Assembly (NCBI RefSeq): GCF_006345805.1
Contig: NC_043003.1
Span: 62,434,001-62,498,000, forward strand
Source: Octopus sinensis
Lineage: Eukaryota
Direction: 5' to 3'
DNA: 64,000 nucleotides
Positions 63,271-64,000 of the stretch are shown one piece after another (the stretch's first letter is position 1; each line of letters opens with the position of its first letter). Made by a program: the position numbers and the translations under genes. The notes below the pieces were generated by a model. The model saw only the letters and a program-made list of their open reading frames with translations. It searched no databases and was not told the DNA's origin.

Positions 63271-64000
63271 TTGCATATATGGATGTAAAAGGTTATGTTA
63301 CATAAAATAACTATTAAAGTAGCACATCAAATCTGTTAGCTGTTTAGCAAACAGTATGTGCTTATTTGTATACTATGTTCGGTGCATTTATAACAAATTA
63401 TTTAATTCAATAAACTATAAATTAATATAGTGCGTTAACTCTTCAAGTACTTCTAAACTCATAGCTTACTAACTCCTTTAGAACAAACCAGTTGAGAATA
63501 TTTTGATGAGAATAAATAAAAGATAAGTAAAAAAAAACTATGGAAGACTATCAGATTTTTATCATGATGAATGACTCTGTCAAGAACATAATCTTATATG
63601 ATTGCCAGCATAAAATTAAGAAAGCAATTGAAACGAAGCTTTTTAATTTATATATATAAATGTATGTGTTTGTGTGTGTTTTGAGTAAGATATAAGCTTA
63701 TTTTCATGTATGCTTATTTTCTTGATATTGATAATGACTTTGGCTAGACTAAACACAGTGGTTTCTTTAATATTCAGGATTCAGAAAGTAGTTACGAGCA
63801 TAATTTGAAATGATGCTGCTTCATATTCATTGTCTCTAATCAAAAGCAGTAACTTGTTCTAATAGCATGCCAAATAAAGAAAATATTGATTTAACAACTA
63901 GAGATAGAAATGTTAAGCATATCATGTAGAAAGAGGAAGTTGTTCTAATCAACTCCTTTGTAGACAGTATGACAAAATTGCTCAAATTAAGCGAAAAATT

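Overview
AT-rich, repeat-dense eukaryotic DNA. The SINE/LINE families and microsatellites point to an octopod cephalopod, most likely Octopus; this is inferred from recalled repeat sequences, not from a database search. The only host-gene coding sequence I can support is one 77-nt exon of the meiotic topoisomerase-like gene SPO11 (+, 24894-24970; CLSSEVESLAVPTLKWLGLFPSDIKR). I could not find its neighbouring exons, so most of the window is probably two very large introns. The rest is mobile-element debris: RTE, CR1 and R4/Dong LINE fragments, a full-length mariner with Hsmar1-like TIRs, a foldback mariner, piggyBac-type and mariner-type MITEs, several SINE families, a Gypsy integrase scrap and a Penelope-like RT scrap. 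The most interesting signal is a set of four sequence-unrelated palindromes (11.8-12.6 kb, 12.7 kb, 49.3 kb, 58.6-59.0 kb). Each carries a type I hammerhead ribozyme motif in its arms, loop or apex, and the copy at 11922-11985 (- strand) has a fully intact catalytic core. Every + strand (SPO11-sense) hammerhead relic has lost the catalytic G12, while the - strand copies keep GAAA. No CRISPR array, rRNA or bona fide tRNA gene is supported. Boundaries of decayed repeats are approximate; boundaries of the exon, TIRs, palindromes and ribozyme motifs were counted by hand.
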